A stretch of DNA of 56,987 bases, counting the filler, from Squatina squatina (Eukaryota): NCBI GenBank assembly GCA_031763465.1. It is 3 parts of 3 records of this genome, joined end to end, with 100 filler letters (N's around TTAATTAATTAA, not from the genome) between each part and the next. Parts side by side here need not be neighbours in the genome. Positions count along the whole stretch, not along the records: positions 20,463 to 33,843 come from JARFOE010000234.1; positions 33,944 to 56,987 come from JARFOE010000019.1; 1 more part is not named here. One strand, written 5' to 3'. Made by a program: the position numbers and the translations under genes. Of the stretch, positions 27,091-38,549 are shown in pieces (position 1 is the first letter of the stretch; every line of letters starts with the position of its first letter). Below the pieces are notes generated by a model. That model was not told the DNA's origin, searched no databases, and was given only the letters and a program-made list of their open reading frames with translations.

Positions 27091-27620
27091 AGTTTCTGAA
27101 GGTGGGAGAAAATTCCAGAGTGTGGGCATACGATGACTGAAGACGCTGCCACCAATGATGGAGGGACTAATGATCAGTAGTCCAGACTGAGAAGAGGGTG
27201 TGAGTTGCAGCATAGATCTGCAGACGTTGTAGTGACAGCTGGAATGAGATTTTTGAAGGAGGATGAGGATTTTGAAGTCAACACATTGGGGGATGGAGAG
27301 CCAGTTGTGCTTGTTGAGAATTAGAGCGATGGATGAATAGTACTTCCTATGAGATAGAATGCAGATAGTGGGGCTCAGGAAGAGTTTGAATTTGTGTATG
27401 GTGGAGCTTGGGAGGTGGCCCAACACAGCAATGGCGCAGTCGAGCATGGAGATGGACAAGGGTGTGGATGAGGGTTTCAGTGGCCAGTGGACCTGAGATG
27501 GAGCTGGAGGTGGACAATGACCCAGAGATATAAATAGGCTGCCTCAGTGATGGACGGTAGGTAAGGTTTGAAGCTCAGTTCAGCCATAAGCACAACACTG
27601 AGGTTGAAAGCCATCTAGAC
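27091..27620 (-). mobile_element. L2 LINE fragment (degraded)
   Basis: Minus-strand peptide LNKHNWLSIPQCVDFKIL...GGSVFSHRMPTLWNFLP resembles the L2 L..LHWLP...RI.FKI...P.LWNSLP motif. Confidence 0.65.
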
Positions 27621-28077
27621 ATTTAATAAATTTTGGTTAATAAATCTTGGTTAAGATTGTTTATAAACATTGTAAAAAGCAACAATCCAGGGATCTGTGG
27701 GCGTCTTCTTTTCTTGCAGCTAACCAATTGGAATATTAACATAGTAATATTTCTTATTACAGGCTGATTTATTATCCTAATCACAACATCCTTCTTTATT
27801 CAAAGAGTTTTCACGTTGGTCACAAGTCTCCTGTGAGAGACTTTATCAAATATCTTTTGAATGTCTTGCTACATAATATCCGTTGTNNNNNNNNNNNNNN
27901 NNNNNNNNNNNNNNNNNNNNNNNNNNNNNNNNNNNNNNNNNNNNNNNNNNNNNNNNNNNNNNNNNNNNNNNNNNNNNNNNNNNNNNGTGCTGGCTCTTTA
28001 CAATAGACCAAGTACCCTGCTCGTTCCCCAGAGCCCTGCAATTTTCTAGGTTTATAATAACTCTGCGATAGACCTAC

Positions 28078-28341
28078 CGACAAATAGGTTTAGGAGCGGG
28101 GCCCAAACCTGAGGGGTTACAGTCCTGGTAAATGAAGTGGCACAGTAACGACTCAGCGGCTGGTTTGCACAACAAGCTCACGCCATCCAGCTCCGTCCAT
28201 GCACTCCGGGCCATCATCTCTTGTATTCCCTCTGCATCGGCATAAGAGGAATTGAAGAAAACGAGCTTGCCCTTTCCCAGAAGGCCATTGCATACCTCAC
28301 CACGATATGTACTGCAATAGCCCAAGTCACCTTTGTATAAT
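28078..28341 (-). CDS. MUSK: MuSK Frizzled-like cysteine-rich domain exon
   Basis: tttcag|A TTA TAC AAA...: [87 protein letters not shown](R)|gtagg; 264 bp; GYC..YRGEVC is the MuSK CRD signature. Confidence 0.95.
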
Positions 28342-28883
28342 CTGAAATCAGAAATAAAGATTTTCATTGAAGTAATGAGCGTATATGTTTAAGAAAGACT
28401 CTCTCTCTCTCAGCTTAATACCGTTTCTGAATTTATCAAACACAAAACCAAAGCTTCAACAAGTGTGTTATCAATGCACACACTCTCACATATATACATA
28501 CACACACACGTACCCTTCCCTTATTCGTTCCCTGAATAAAGCCTTTGAAAGTTTCTTTTAGCTTGTCATCACATAATGTTGGGAAATGACTAAGCAGAAA
28601 CTGTTAGAAGCTAAATAAAAATATTCCAGCAGTACAGCAGACTGCACAGTACTGATGTAGCCTGGGGAAATCAGGGATATTGCATGATCCAAATACAACT
28701 CACAGTGCCACAACCCTGGGCAAAAATATGAAGTCCAAGCCAGACTTTTGGGAGAGGCTGAGGTCTTCAATTAAAAGCTCTAATGAAGACATTAAAAGCT
28801 ACAAAAGATAACCCAAATGTGTTAATGTGAAATATGGAACTTTTCCAATTTCCTATTTTGATTGCATCCTTATTTTGGATATT

Positions 28884-28988
28884 GGGGCCGAAATTCATTC
28901 GCGCCCCATTGGGGTGCTTACGGGGCGGGAACCGGCATTTCTCGCACTGGTACCCACCCTCACTGCTGCAGAATTCATTGTTCTGGGG
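28884..28988. mobile_element. Terminal fragment of the same MITE family as 461-942
   Basis: GGGGCCGAAATTCATTCGCGCCCCATTGGGGTGCTTACGGGG... aligns by eye with the reverse complement of ~841-941; truncated by a gap. Confidence 0.65.
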
Positions 28989-30158
28989 NNNNNNNNNNNN
29001 NNNNNNNNNNNNNNNNNNNNNNNNNNNNNNNNNNNNNNNNNNNNNNNNNNNNNNNNNNNNNNNNNNNNNNNNNNNNNNNNNNNNNNNNCTCAAGGGGATA
29101 TTTCTTCCTCAAAGTACAGCCATGTGAAATACTGGACTTACCCTGAACTTCTAAAGTCACAGATCTGGAATACTCCAAGCCCAGGCTATTTCTTGCCATA
29201 CAGCGATATTGTCCTGCATCTTCAATTTGAACACTGCGGATTCTTAAGTTCCCAGACTCGAGGACAGAAGTTCGCGGGTGCTCCTTCTACAGAAAAATAC
29301 ATTTCATTATTAATTTTTACTTTCACCAGTGATTTCACCACATTTTAAGTTGGCCAATCTGAACGAGACCGGGATGATGAGGCTTCTTCAGCTTGTCACC
29401 ATTTTGTGGCAACTAATAACCTTCTGGCATCTTTTTTCCCCGCTGTGGAAGATGGTTTTCCAGCACTCATTCCAGATAATTATCAAAGCACAACAGGTTG
29501 TTTACAAATTCCCTTTTTTTACAGTGTGGTGCCTTCGGTCACTTGTAATGTTTTCTAGGTCTGTATTTCATTTCTAAAGCTCAGTTTGCATCCGCACGCA
29601 CTGCCTCGGCGGCTATGATTTATTGGTCCAGTCGCTCCTTGAACTGGTTCAAGTGATGCCTTATGGTCACCTGGTATTTGTGCCAATACTGATTCACACT
29701 GGCAGGAATGCTAACCAGCCCCACTTGAACCTCTTGTGTCTGATTAATGCAATTATTTCCAAGTACTCAAGCTACTTAAAGAGGATCTCTTGAGAGCGCA
29801 TGGAGCTGCTCCATTAAACCCGTAATTGGTTCCATGTGCACTTGCAGGATACTGTTGATGTAGCTTTCTGTACTTCATCCAGCATCCCAATCTCGAGTGA
29901 GGTTCCTGCCCCAGGGGGGGCCATTCCATGTCGTTCAAATTGAAGGCAGTTGTTTCAGGCCGTGCTTTAGCCAGCTTTCTAGCGAGCTAATAAACATGTT
30001 TGCTGAAGCATTTCTAATGGTGGGAATCTTGGCAAAACGCCATCAGATATTGAGTTGCACCTCCGTTAACCAGCGCCACTTTATCGGAGCTTGGAGATAT
30101 CTGTAGGTTTGAAGACCAGTGCTCTTTTCTGATTGAGCACTATCTGTTTGCTGAACAG

Positions 30159-30237
30159 GGCAAAATGCGAACTTATTGATTCACGAGGCCACGCTGGAGG
30201 ATGGACTGGAGGAAGAAGCTGTCGAGAAAACTCACAG
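30159..30237 (+). CDS. ELAC2: tRNase Z long form (ELAC2) internal exon
   Basis: ctgaacag|GG CAA AAT GCG AAC TTA TTG ATT CAC GAG GCC ACG CTG...CAC AG|gtaagg = [27 protein letters not shown]; contains the HEAT motif and the His of the HST motif; 79 bp; frame absent from the ORF track. Confidence 0.9.
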
Positions 30238-30934
30238 GTAAGGACGGTGCTTGGGCAAAGTTGTTTTCGTTTCATTTGGAAATGCTGCCACAAAATTGCT
30301 GAACCTATCCATCCCATCCTGGAGGAACTAAGAAAAGAATATCTTTGTCTTTTTTTTCTNNNNNNNNNNNNNNNNNNNNNNNNNNNNNNNNNNNNNNNNN
30401 NNNNNNNNNNNNNNNNNNNNNNNNNNNNNNNNNNNNNNNNNNNNNNNNNNNNNNNNNNNGCAGAAGCAATCTGGAAGAAGTGTCGTTGTTCAAGGTGAAA
30501 CCGCGCTATTTAAACAATCAGGCTGAAAAGTGGCCAAAGTGTTTTCAATTAAAATGGCACTCTCAGTATCTGGTTTTGCCAGACATATGGGATCAATCAG
30601 GAAGTTTGTGCTGATGTTTTCTTTGGGAATGCTGATAGCTTGACTGCATATGTAGCAGCGACAAGGAATCTCAGTTACTCCAGCAATTTAAAAAAAAAAC
30701 GCCCCTGTTTTAGTGTCAGACTCATAAAGACACTTAAAGTTTCATCCTATCACAACCTGACTCCTTGTGCTGGTCTGCTGAGAAAGTGTGGTTATAAGAA
30801 AAGATACCGAGGGAGAGAGATTATTTTGCCTGTATCCGTTTTACAGAAGAAACTGTGCAAGAAACCTGGGATGTTCTGCAAAGATTGAATTCTTATTTTT
30901 AGCTTTTTTTTACCTGTTTTAATTTTTTTGAATC

Positions 30935-31013
30935 ATGCCCCAGGCTGTAACCCTCTTCTTGTTTCTACACGCTGCCTGCTGCTTCGCTTCCTATCTCCCA
31001 TTCGCTCTCCAGA
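30935..31013 (+). CDS. SVEP1: Probable SVEP1 N-terminus (signal peptide), start of exon 1 CDS
   Basis: aatcATG (A at -3); MPQAVTLFLFLHAACCFASYLPFALQ is hydrophobic and signal-like; in frame (351 nt upstream) with the vWA segment at 31286 across a sized gap. Confidence 0.6.
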
Positions 31014-31230
31014 NNNNNNNNNNNNNNNNNNNNNNNNNNNNNNNNNNNNNNNNNNNNNNNNNNNNNNNNNNNNNNNNNNNNNNNNNNNNNNNNNNNNNNN
31101 NNNNNNNNNNNNNNNNNNNNNNNNNNNNNNNNNNNNNNNNNNNNNNNNNNNNNNNNNNNNNNNNNNNNNNNNNNNNNNNNNNNNNNNNNNNNNNNNNNNN
31201 NNNNNNNNNNNNNNNNNNNNNNNNNNNNNN

Positions 31231-31290
31231 ACCATAGAAAAGATACAGCACAGAAGGGGGCCATTCGGCCCATCATGTCCATGCCAGCTC
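31231..31290 (-). mobile_element. ~60 bp CR1/SINE 3' tail abutting SVEP1 coding sequence
   Basis: CATAGAAAAGATACAGCACAGAAGGGGGCCATTCGGCCCATCATGTCCATGCCAGCTC parallels the tail at 20517-20570 (CATAGAATGATG...GGCCATTTGGCCCATCGTGCCTGTGCCGGCTC). Confidence 0.75.
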
Positions 31291-31435
31291 CAAGAACAAC
31301 GTGGTGCCCAGGGTCGACTATATCTCGGCCCCCCAGTACCACCAGCACAAGTGCTCTCTGCTGAATGAGGAGATCCCCGCCATCAACTACAGAGGAGGTG
31401 GCACCTTCACCAAGGGAGCTTTCCAGCAAGCGGCA
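31286..31435 (+). CDS. SVEP1: SVEP1 (polydom) exon 1, 3' part, vWA domain
   Basis: [50 protein letters not shown]|gtaagg; matches the recalled SVEP1 v[16 protein letters not shown]...[16 protein letters not shown]; high GC3; frame absent from the ORF track. Confidence 0.92.
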
Positions 31436-31725
31436 GTAAGGCATTCTCCTGTTTACCGTTCGCTTTTCAGATAGGCTACAAAAGTTGATCAATTGATCTT
31501 TTGGCATGAGTGAAATGTAAGGTTGAAAATTGAAATGCTGAACTGTAAAAGATGCACTGGCATTGGAGGTGGGTAGGGCGTGAGGAAACGCTCCCCTTAA
31601 CTCAGGAGCTGAGTAATTTACGGTGTACACCTTTATTGCTTTTAACTCAAGGTTAATAAATAATAAAACTTTGAAATTGTAGCCTTTATTCTAGACAGGC
31701 ATACTATTGCAAAAACGTTTTCAGG

Positions 31726-32205
31726 TCATCCCAAACTCTGCTGCCCGTATCCTAAATCACACCAAGTTCTGTTCGCCCATCACCCCTGTGCTCGCTGGCC
31801 TACCTCGATTTTAAAATTCTCATCCTTGTTTTCAAATCTCTCCATGGCCTCATCCCTCCCTATCTCTGTAATCTCCTCCAGCCTCACAACCCCCTGAGAT
31901 ATCTGCACTCCTCTAATTCTGACCTCTTGAGCATCCCTGATTATAATCACTCCACCATTGGTGGCCGTGCCTTCAGCTGCCGAGGGCCTAAGCTCTGGAA
32001 TTCCCTCCCGAAATCTCTCTGCCTCTCTCTCCTCCTTTAAGACGCTCCTTAAAACCTCCCTCTTTGACTAAGCTTTTGGTCACCTGCCCTAATTTCTTCT
32101 TATGTGGCTCGGTGTCAAAGTTTTGTCTTATCACACTCCTGTGAAGCGCCTTGGGACGTTTCACTACGTTAAAGGCGCTATATAAATACAAGTTGTTGTT
32201 GATGT
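31726..32205 (+). mobile_element. L2 LINE 3' end
   Basis: CAAACTCTGCTGCCCGTATCCT...CCCATCACCCCTGTGCTC...CTCTGGAATTCCCTCCC...GTGAAGCGCCTTGGGACG...AAAGGCGCTATATAAAT followed by (GTT)n. Confidence 0.85.
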
Positions 32206-32540
32206 TGCTCAACAGTCGGCAGTTAAGTCATCCCATAAGGCCAAGTCCTATCAGATTCACTAGCTTTAGAAGGTAGGATGGATGAGTTTTTTAATCAGCT
32301 GAAACAGAGAGCTTAGGTGTACCCTAGCCCAGGGGATCACTTGGGTTGCTTACCTCTGCTTCTCCACTTTCAATTTAAGCCACCATCATTAGACGGATGT
32401 AGATCATGAGTCAGGAGAGTGAGGGAGATTAATCTTGATANNNNNNNNNNNNNNNNNNNNNNNNNNNNNNNNNNNNNNNNNNNNNNNNNNNNNNNNNNNN
32501 NNNNNNNNNNNNNNNNNNNNNNNNNNNNNNNNNNNNNNNN

Positions 32541-32800
32541 TCCTCAGATTAGATCCTGTGGCTCTATTTTGAAGAAGAGCAGGGGAGTTCTTCCCCATTG
32601 TCCTGGCCAATATATATCCCTCAATCAACATCACTAAAAAATTATCACACTGAAAGTTTTGGGAGCTTGCTGTGCGCAAATTTGTTGTTGCGTTTCCTCC
32701 ATTACAACAGTGACTGCACATCATAGGTACTTCATTGGCTGTGAAGTGCTTTGGAACGTCCTGAGGTTGCGAAAGGTGCTATATAAATGCAAGTTCTTTT
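32541..32800 (+). mobile_element. SacSINE1-like SINE (3' half)
   Basis: Homologous to 1830-2085 (GAAGAAGAGCAGGGGAGTTCT...GTGAAGTGCTTTGG...GAAAGGTGCTATATAAATGCAAG). Confidence 0.75.
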
Positions 32801-32925
32801 TTTGAAAAGTAAAGACATCAAAAGAGCAGGATCTCAGGAAGTGGGAGTTGGAGTTGTTTATGGTTTTGTGTAATATAACGAGTGCATTGAATTTTTAAAT
32901 GCTGCCTTTTCTTTCCTATGTGCAG

Positions 32926-33087
32926 TGCCGTGTGCTGCAGGACATGTTTCCCGTTCTGGTCTAATGCCTTGCTACCCTTGTCCCAGAGATTACTATCAGC
33001 CTGATGCAGGGAAGTCATTCTGTCTAGCCTGTCCGCTCTATGGTACAACCACCGTCACTGGTGCAACTTCCCGAAGTGACTGCTCTG
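32926..33087 (+). CDS. SVEP1: SVEP1 Cys-rich (ephrin-receptor-like/GCC2-GCC3) repeat exon
   Basis: tgtgcag|TG CCG TGT: (V)[53 protein letters not shown](G)|gtaagg; 162 bp, phase 1-1. Confidence 0.93.
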
Positions 33088-33200
33088 GTAAGGAGGAAGC
33101 ACATGATTATTTTCCAGTCTAACTGTTCTGTTGACAATAGTGATAGATTGCAGAAAAATCTGGAAAATAAAAATGAAAAACCAGTTATTTTCTTTCCAAG

Positions 33201-33286
33201 GTTTCAACTCTGGATATATACCGGCAACAGCAAGCCTACTGATACCGACACCTCTGGAGAGCAAACCGAAATTTAGGGCGAGTCAG
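33201..33286 (+). CDS. SVEP1: SVEP1 linker exon preceding the EGF repeats
   Basis: tttccaag|GT TTC AAC...AGT CAG|gtacga; (G)FNSGYIPATASLLIPTPLESKPKFRASQ; phase-compatible with the previous exon across a 113-bp intron. Confidence 0.75.
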
Positions 33287-33323
33287 GTACGAGATCACTC
33301 TTTTGGTTTCACGTGATAAAGAA

Positions 33324-33843
33324 AACATAAGAACATAAGAAATAGGAGTAGGAGTAGGCCACATGGCTCCTCAAGCCTGCTTCGCTATTCAGTAAGATCA
33401 TGGCTGAACTTCTACCTCAACATTTCCGGCCCTATCCCCATATTGATCCCCTTAGTGCCCAAAAATCTATCAGTCTCAGCTTCGAGCCTTGAATATACTC
33501 AATGATTGAGCATTCATAGCTCTCCGGGGCAGAGAATTCCAAAGATTCACAGCCCTCTGAGTGAAGAAATTTCTCCTCATCTCAGTCCAAAATGACAAAC
33601 CCCTTATCCTGAGACTACCACCCCCCGCCCCCCAGTTCTGACTCTCCAGCCAGGGGAAACAGCCTCTCAGCATCTACCCTGTCATACTCTCTAAGAATTT
33701 TATACATTTCAATGAGATCACCTCTCATTCTTCTAAACCAGAGAATATAGGCCCATTGTACTCGATCTCTCATAGGACATAGGATACTCATCTCTCCTCT
33801 TAGCCCAGGAATCAATCTAGTGAACCTTCATTGCACCCCCCTC
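33324..33843 (-). mobile_element. CR1 LINE 3' end
   Basis: FRRMRGDLIEMYKIL and RRNFFTQRAVNLWNSLP motifs; (ACATAAGA)n tail. Confidence 0.88.
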
Positions 33844-33943
33844 NNNNNNNNNNNNNNNNNNNNNNNNNNNNNNNNNNNNNNNNNNNNTTAATTAATTAAN
33901 NNNNNNNNNNNNNNNNNNNNNNNNNNNNNNNNNNNNNNNNNNN
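33844..33943. other. Synthetic scaffold linker
   Basis: 44 N + TTAATTAATTAA + 44 N, identical to 20363-20462. Confidence 0.95.
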
Positions 33944-36900
33944 AAATATGCAACCAATTTTAAATGTATTTTTTATACGAATGGCAATGGGATACAAATC
34001 TATGGTTTCATAAAGAAAATTCTCTGAGGTCTATGGAAATTTATTTTAGATTCTTTAAATGTCTAAATTAAAGGCCTGTTCATACAGATGGGTGTAATGA
34101 TGTCTCTAAATCCTGATCAGAACGCTGTACCATCCTCAGGTCAGATAGATTATAAAAACCTGTTGTTTTCCCTTGTCTTTGAAATAATGGAGTCACTAAT
34201 CTACGTGATCTACATGAATTAGCTAAAGAAGAAAGTGAGTGATGCGTACATTTCAAAGATAGAAGGCACTTGTAAAAGCAATTTCTTTCGGAAAAATACT
34301 GCTCAGGCTGCTGAAACCTTTTCATGAGTACTAATTACCACAGCAGAAATGTTGGAGGCTTCAATGGATTTACGTTGCTGAATGAAAGATCAAAGATTGT
34401 GGCACTTGCATTTTAATCTGTTGGCTAAAAAAATGAATAAGGTGGTGGTAATGGGGCCCATGAGAATGACAACACAGGTGGTAGGGACTTTAATCCCTTC
34501 TTTACTGGTGAAGCCCTAGGCCTATTCACGGTTATATAATCAGCCATTTTTATTTCAACTTCATGTTCAAATATTGAGATTGTTTCTCGCCTCGGGTGAA
34601 AGACTGAAATTGCAGGTAGTGATATGAAAGGTAATTTAGCCTTTGTTTTGTACTTTAAAGTCTAACTGCTGAAATGTCACTTTGGTGGTTTAAAGTGCTT
34701 ATCAATGGAGTGGGGGTGCAGGCCACGGGCCAGGGTGAGATCGTTAAAGTGCTTTGATGTGGTCTGATGTAGGGAGTGGCTTAATAGAGGCCATTGGCAT
34801 ATTTGCATCAATGACATCCATCAAATACGATTGATCAGAAGGAATAGAAGTGACAGTTGCCTAGTGATAATTCAGTGTATTACTTCTATATTCAAACAAA
34901 CTACCTGTAGTTGCTTTGCTACATCTAGGGGAACAAGCCCCATAGAATGTAAAACACAAATAATTCATAAAGTGCAATATATCAGTAATCAGGGCATTTT
35001 AAGTAGAGTCACGACAACAAAGGCTTGTTGGTAGAGAATTNNNNNNNNNNNNNNNNNNNNNNNNNNNNNNNNNNNNNNNNNNNNNNNNNNNNNNNNNNNN
35101 NNNNNNNNNNNNNNNNNNNNNNNNNNNNNNNNNNNNNNNNNNNNNNNNNNNNNNNNNNNNNNNNNNNNNNNNNNNNNNNNNNNNNNNNNNNNNNNNNNNN
35201 NNNNNNNNNNNNNNNNNNNNNNNNNNNNNNNNNNNNNNNNNNNNNNNNNNNNNNNNNNNNNNNNNNNNNNNNNNNNNNNNNNNNNNNNNNNNNNNNNNNN
35301 NNNNNNNNNNNNNNNNNNNNNNNNNNNNNNNNNNNNNNNNNNNNNNNNNNNNNNNNNNNNNNNNNNNNNNNNNNNNNNNNNNNNNNNNNNNNNNNNNNNN
35401 NNNNNNNNNNNNNNNNNNNNNNNNNNNNNNNNNNNNNNNNNNNNNNNNNNNNNNNNNNNNNNNNNNNNNNNNNNNNNNNNNNNNNNNNNNNNNNNNNNNN
35501 NNNNNNNNNNNNNNNNNNNNNNNNNNNNNNNNNNNNNNNNNNNNNNNNNNNNNNNNNNNNNNNNNNNNNNNNNNNNNNNNNNNNNNNNNNNNNNNNNNNN
35601 NNNNNNNNNNNNNNNNNNNNNNNNNNNNNNNNNNNNNNNNNNNNNNNNNNNNNNNNNNNNNNNNNNNNNNNNNNNNNNNNNNNNNNNNNNNNNNNNNNNN
35701 NNNNNNNNNNNNNNNNNNNNNNNNNNNNNNNNNNNNNNNNNNNNNNNNNNNNNNNNNNNNNNNNNNNNNNNNNNNNNNNNNNNNNNNNNNNNNNNNNNNN
35801 NNNNNNNNNNNNNNNNNNNNNNNNNNNNNNNNNNNNNNNNNNNNNNNNNNNNNNNNNNNNNNNNNNNNNNNNNNNNNNNNNNNNNNNNNNNNNNNNNNNN
35901 NNNNNNNNNNNNNNNNNNNNNNNNNNNNNNNNNNNNNNNNNNNNNNNNNNNNNNNNNNNNNNNNNNNNNNNNNNNNNNNNNNNNNNNNNNNNNNNNNNNN
36001 NNNAGATAATGAGGGTGAAGTGTGAGCCATAGGCAATGATTCTGGGATATTAGGTATGACAGGGAGCTTGATCATAATTATCTTAACGAGGATAGGGTTA
36101 ATTACAGTGGAAACTTAAAGTTCTTTCCATTTGAATCAGGCAGAATGAAATGCATTTTGATGTTTTGTCATCTTGATGTGACTTTGGAAATTGCGATGTA
36201 AATCTCTCAGCTGTGCTGGGATTCCTCTGGGAGAATGGTGTGAGCCCTGCAGTGAGGTAAAGGAGATGGTACCTGTGGGTGAGATAATGGGCAGTTTTCA
36301 GGTCATTAGAGCTGTGTGACTAGGCAGACACAGTAGGCACCATAACATCGCTCATCAGCTTTCCAGCAAAACTGCTCAAAAACAACTACCAGTCATTACT
36401 ATTCATTTTGCTATTTGTTTCAAGTATGTGGCGGGAAAGTGTAAAAACATCAAGGAAGAAACAGAAGACATTTAAATAAAAGACATTTTTCTTCAGGAGA
36501 CTGTCATCTCTCTCCGCCTGCTCCCCCCACCCCCCCCCCCCCATTCCCTTGGCTTACAGTTGTGAATTTAGCTGATTAAATCACAAAGTGCACATTGTGC
36601 TGATGACATGAAAACAACAATTAATAAGCAAGCCCTTGTGTGATGCACCTCCTTTTAACTGAGCAACTAATAACATTACATGGCAAAATTATCAAAATCA
36701 GACAGGTGTAAAGGGATTTGTACAGAATTTTCTCTGCCTGTCTCTGATACTAAACCAGGCTTTAGTAGTGAGCCTGGCTGTTTCAATGGGCAACTCCCTC
36801 TAGTGTTCCAGGGCCTTTGTCCCACTTCATGCTCTGTCATTTTGTTTTATGTGTCCCCTGAAGCATTTAGATGTGTGCTTTTTTTCCGTTTGCCAGTTCC

Positions 36901-37598
36901 AATCCATTGACTGATTCTCGTGATAAGAATATTCTATTTACATAGCATTATTCAAAAACAATATGTGTTTTTATGGTTAAATATACCAGAGCATGGGCTA
37001 TTTGTTCCTGTGTCCTAATGGGTTTTTCAGGTGCAGAAAGATGAAGAGGAGGGTTTCTTGTGTTTGTCAATGGAAACAGAAACCTCATATAATAAATATC
37101 ATTTAATATTATTTCTTCATCTCTTCAGTTTGCACAGTGGTCACATTTAAGAGTGATGCTAAAACTAGATTCATTAGCTGCACAAGACTGATATTTGGAC
37201 TGAATGATGGATGACAACTTAAATTTGTGTCCAGGGAATGAAGGTGAACTGTGACAGAGTTATTTATCTTGGGAATGAAGGTTTGGGTCAGGGAAGGCTG
37301 GGTGCCTCAAGGCACAAGACATTGACAAATTCATCCTGTAGGCCCCATATCTGAAGCCTTTTGTTTTAGATCCTGGCTACTCACTAAGTGACCCCCATCC
37401 TTCATCCTGCCAGAGTGTGAAAAATGTGAGCCTGTGCCAGTGCTCTCTCTGCCACTAATTCTTGTCATTCACTCCCTTGTCAGGCCAAAACCAAAACTTT
37501 CCAGCTCATGAAAGGGAAGGTTGAAATATTTATTTCCGTGGATAATGGCCTTCCTGATTTAGTAGCATATCATTTTTCCTGTTCCCTTATTGTTGCAG

Positions 37599-37725
37599 GT
37601 CATTGGAAGGACTGGAAGAATTCATCTGCCTGGAAGAGCTAATCCTGGACAACAATCTTCTTCAAAATGACCTACAGTTGCCTAGGTTACCACACCTTCA
37701 TACCCTGACAATCAACAAGAACCAA
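37599..37725 (+). CDS. LRMDA: Leucine-rich melanocyte differentiation-associated protein, LRR exon
   Basis: tgttgcag|G TCA TTG GAA: [42 protein letters not shown]|atatcctc; LxxLxLxxN repeats matching the recalled LRMDA/C10orf11 sequence; 127 bp. Confidence 0.9.
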
Positions 37726-38000
37726 ATATCCTCTGCACAATGACATTGTACATTATGTAGCATCTAATTTAGAGGAAATTACTTGAAATTTTGTTCATGC
37801 GCAAATCATGTTCTCTTCATTGAGGGGCATACCAGAAATTAATTAGCAGCATGCTAATTCACAAACCCAAATCATCACAGTTTGGAATCATTTTGTAAAC
37901 NNNNNNNNNNNNNNNNNNNNNNNNNNNNNNNNNNNNNNNNNNNNNNNNNNNNNNNNNNNNNNNNNNNNNNNNNNNNNNNNNNNNNNNNNNNNNNNNNNNN

Positions 38001-38145
38001 CGCTGTGTCACCTGGAAGGAGTGTTTGGGGCCCTGGACAGTGGGAAAGGAGGAGGTAAAAGGGCAGGTGTAGCATCTCCAGCACATTTTTTGTTTACATT
38101 TTTGGTTTATACTCTAGATTCCAGCATCCGCAGTATTTTGCTTTT
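38001..38145. mobile_element. Penelope-like retroelement fragment
   Basis: Minus-strand CYTCPFTSSFPTVQGPKHSFQVTQ resembles the C..C linker before the Penelope GIY-YIG domain; adjacent TTCCAGCATCCGCAGTATTTTGC terminal-repeat-like motif. Confidence 0.55.
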
Positions 38146-38549
38146 GTATACACAGGTGTAGCTGGGTAACAGCGCTCAACAAAGGAATCTACAATTTATT
38201 CATTCAATTTGTGAATAATGCAACTCAGTACTGCTGGAAAGTCATTCTTGGAGTTAGGGTATAATTGGCAGCCTGGAGGTTTTGTCAGTTTGCACTGGCA
38301 TCTCTTATCATAGTTATTACTTGTATTATCTGTTCTTACACAGTCAGAAACATTGCTCCCTTGCATAAGGAACTGGAGAAACTCCATGTAATGGACAAAG
38401 CCACTAATGGATAATACACTTATCCATGAGGGGGGGAAAACGGAAATGGTGAGGCTTTGAAATGAAGGACAGGAAATTTTTAGCAATAAAAACAGAAAAT
38501 GCTGGAAATACTCATCAGGTCAGGCAGCATCTGCATTAACAGAGTTAAT

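Noticed and set aside
30965-31630. 221-aa minus-strand ORF
   Set aside because: Partly Ns and antisense to the SVEP1 vWA exon
34999-36075. Long ORFs of 335-358 aa (likewise 13251-13805, 46271-46613, 51881-52364)
   Set aside because: Read-through of N gaps
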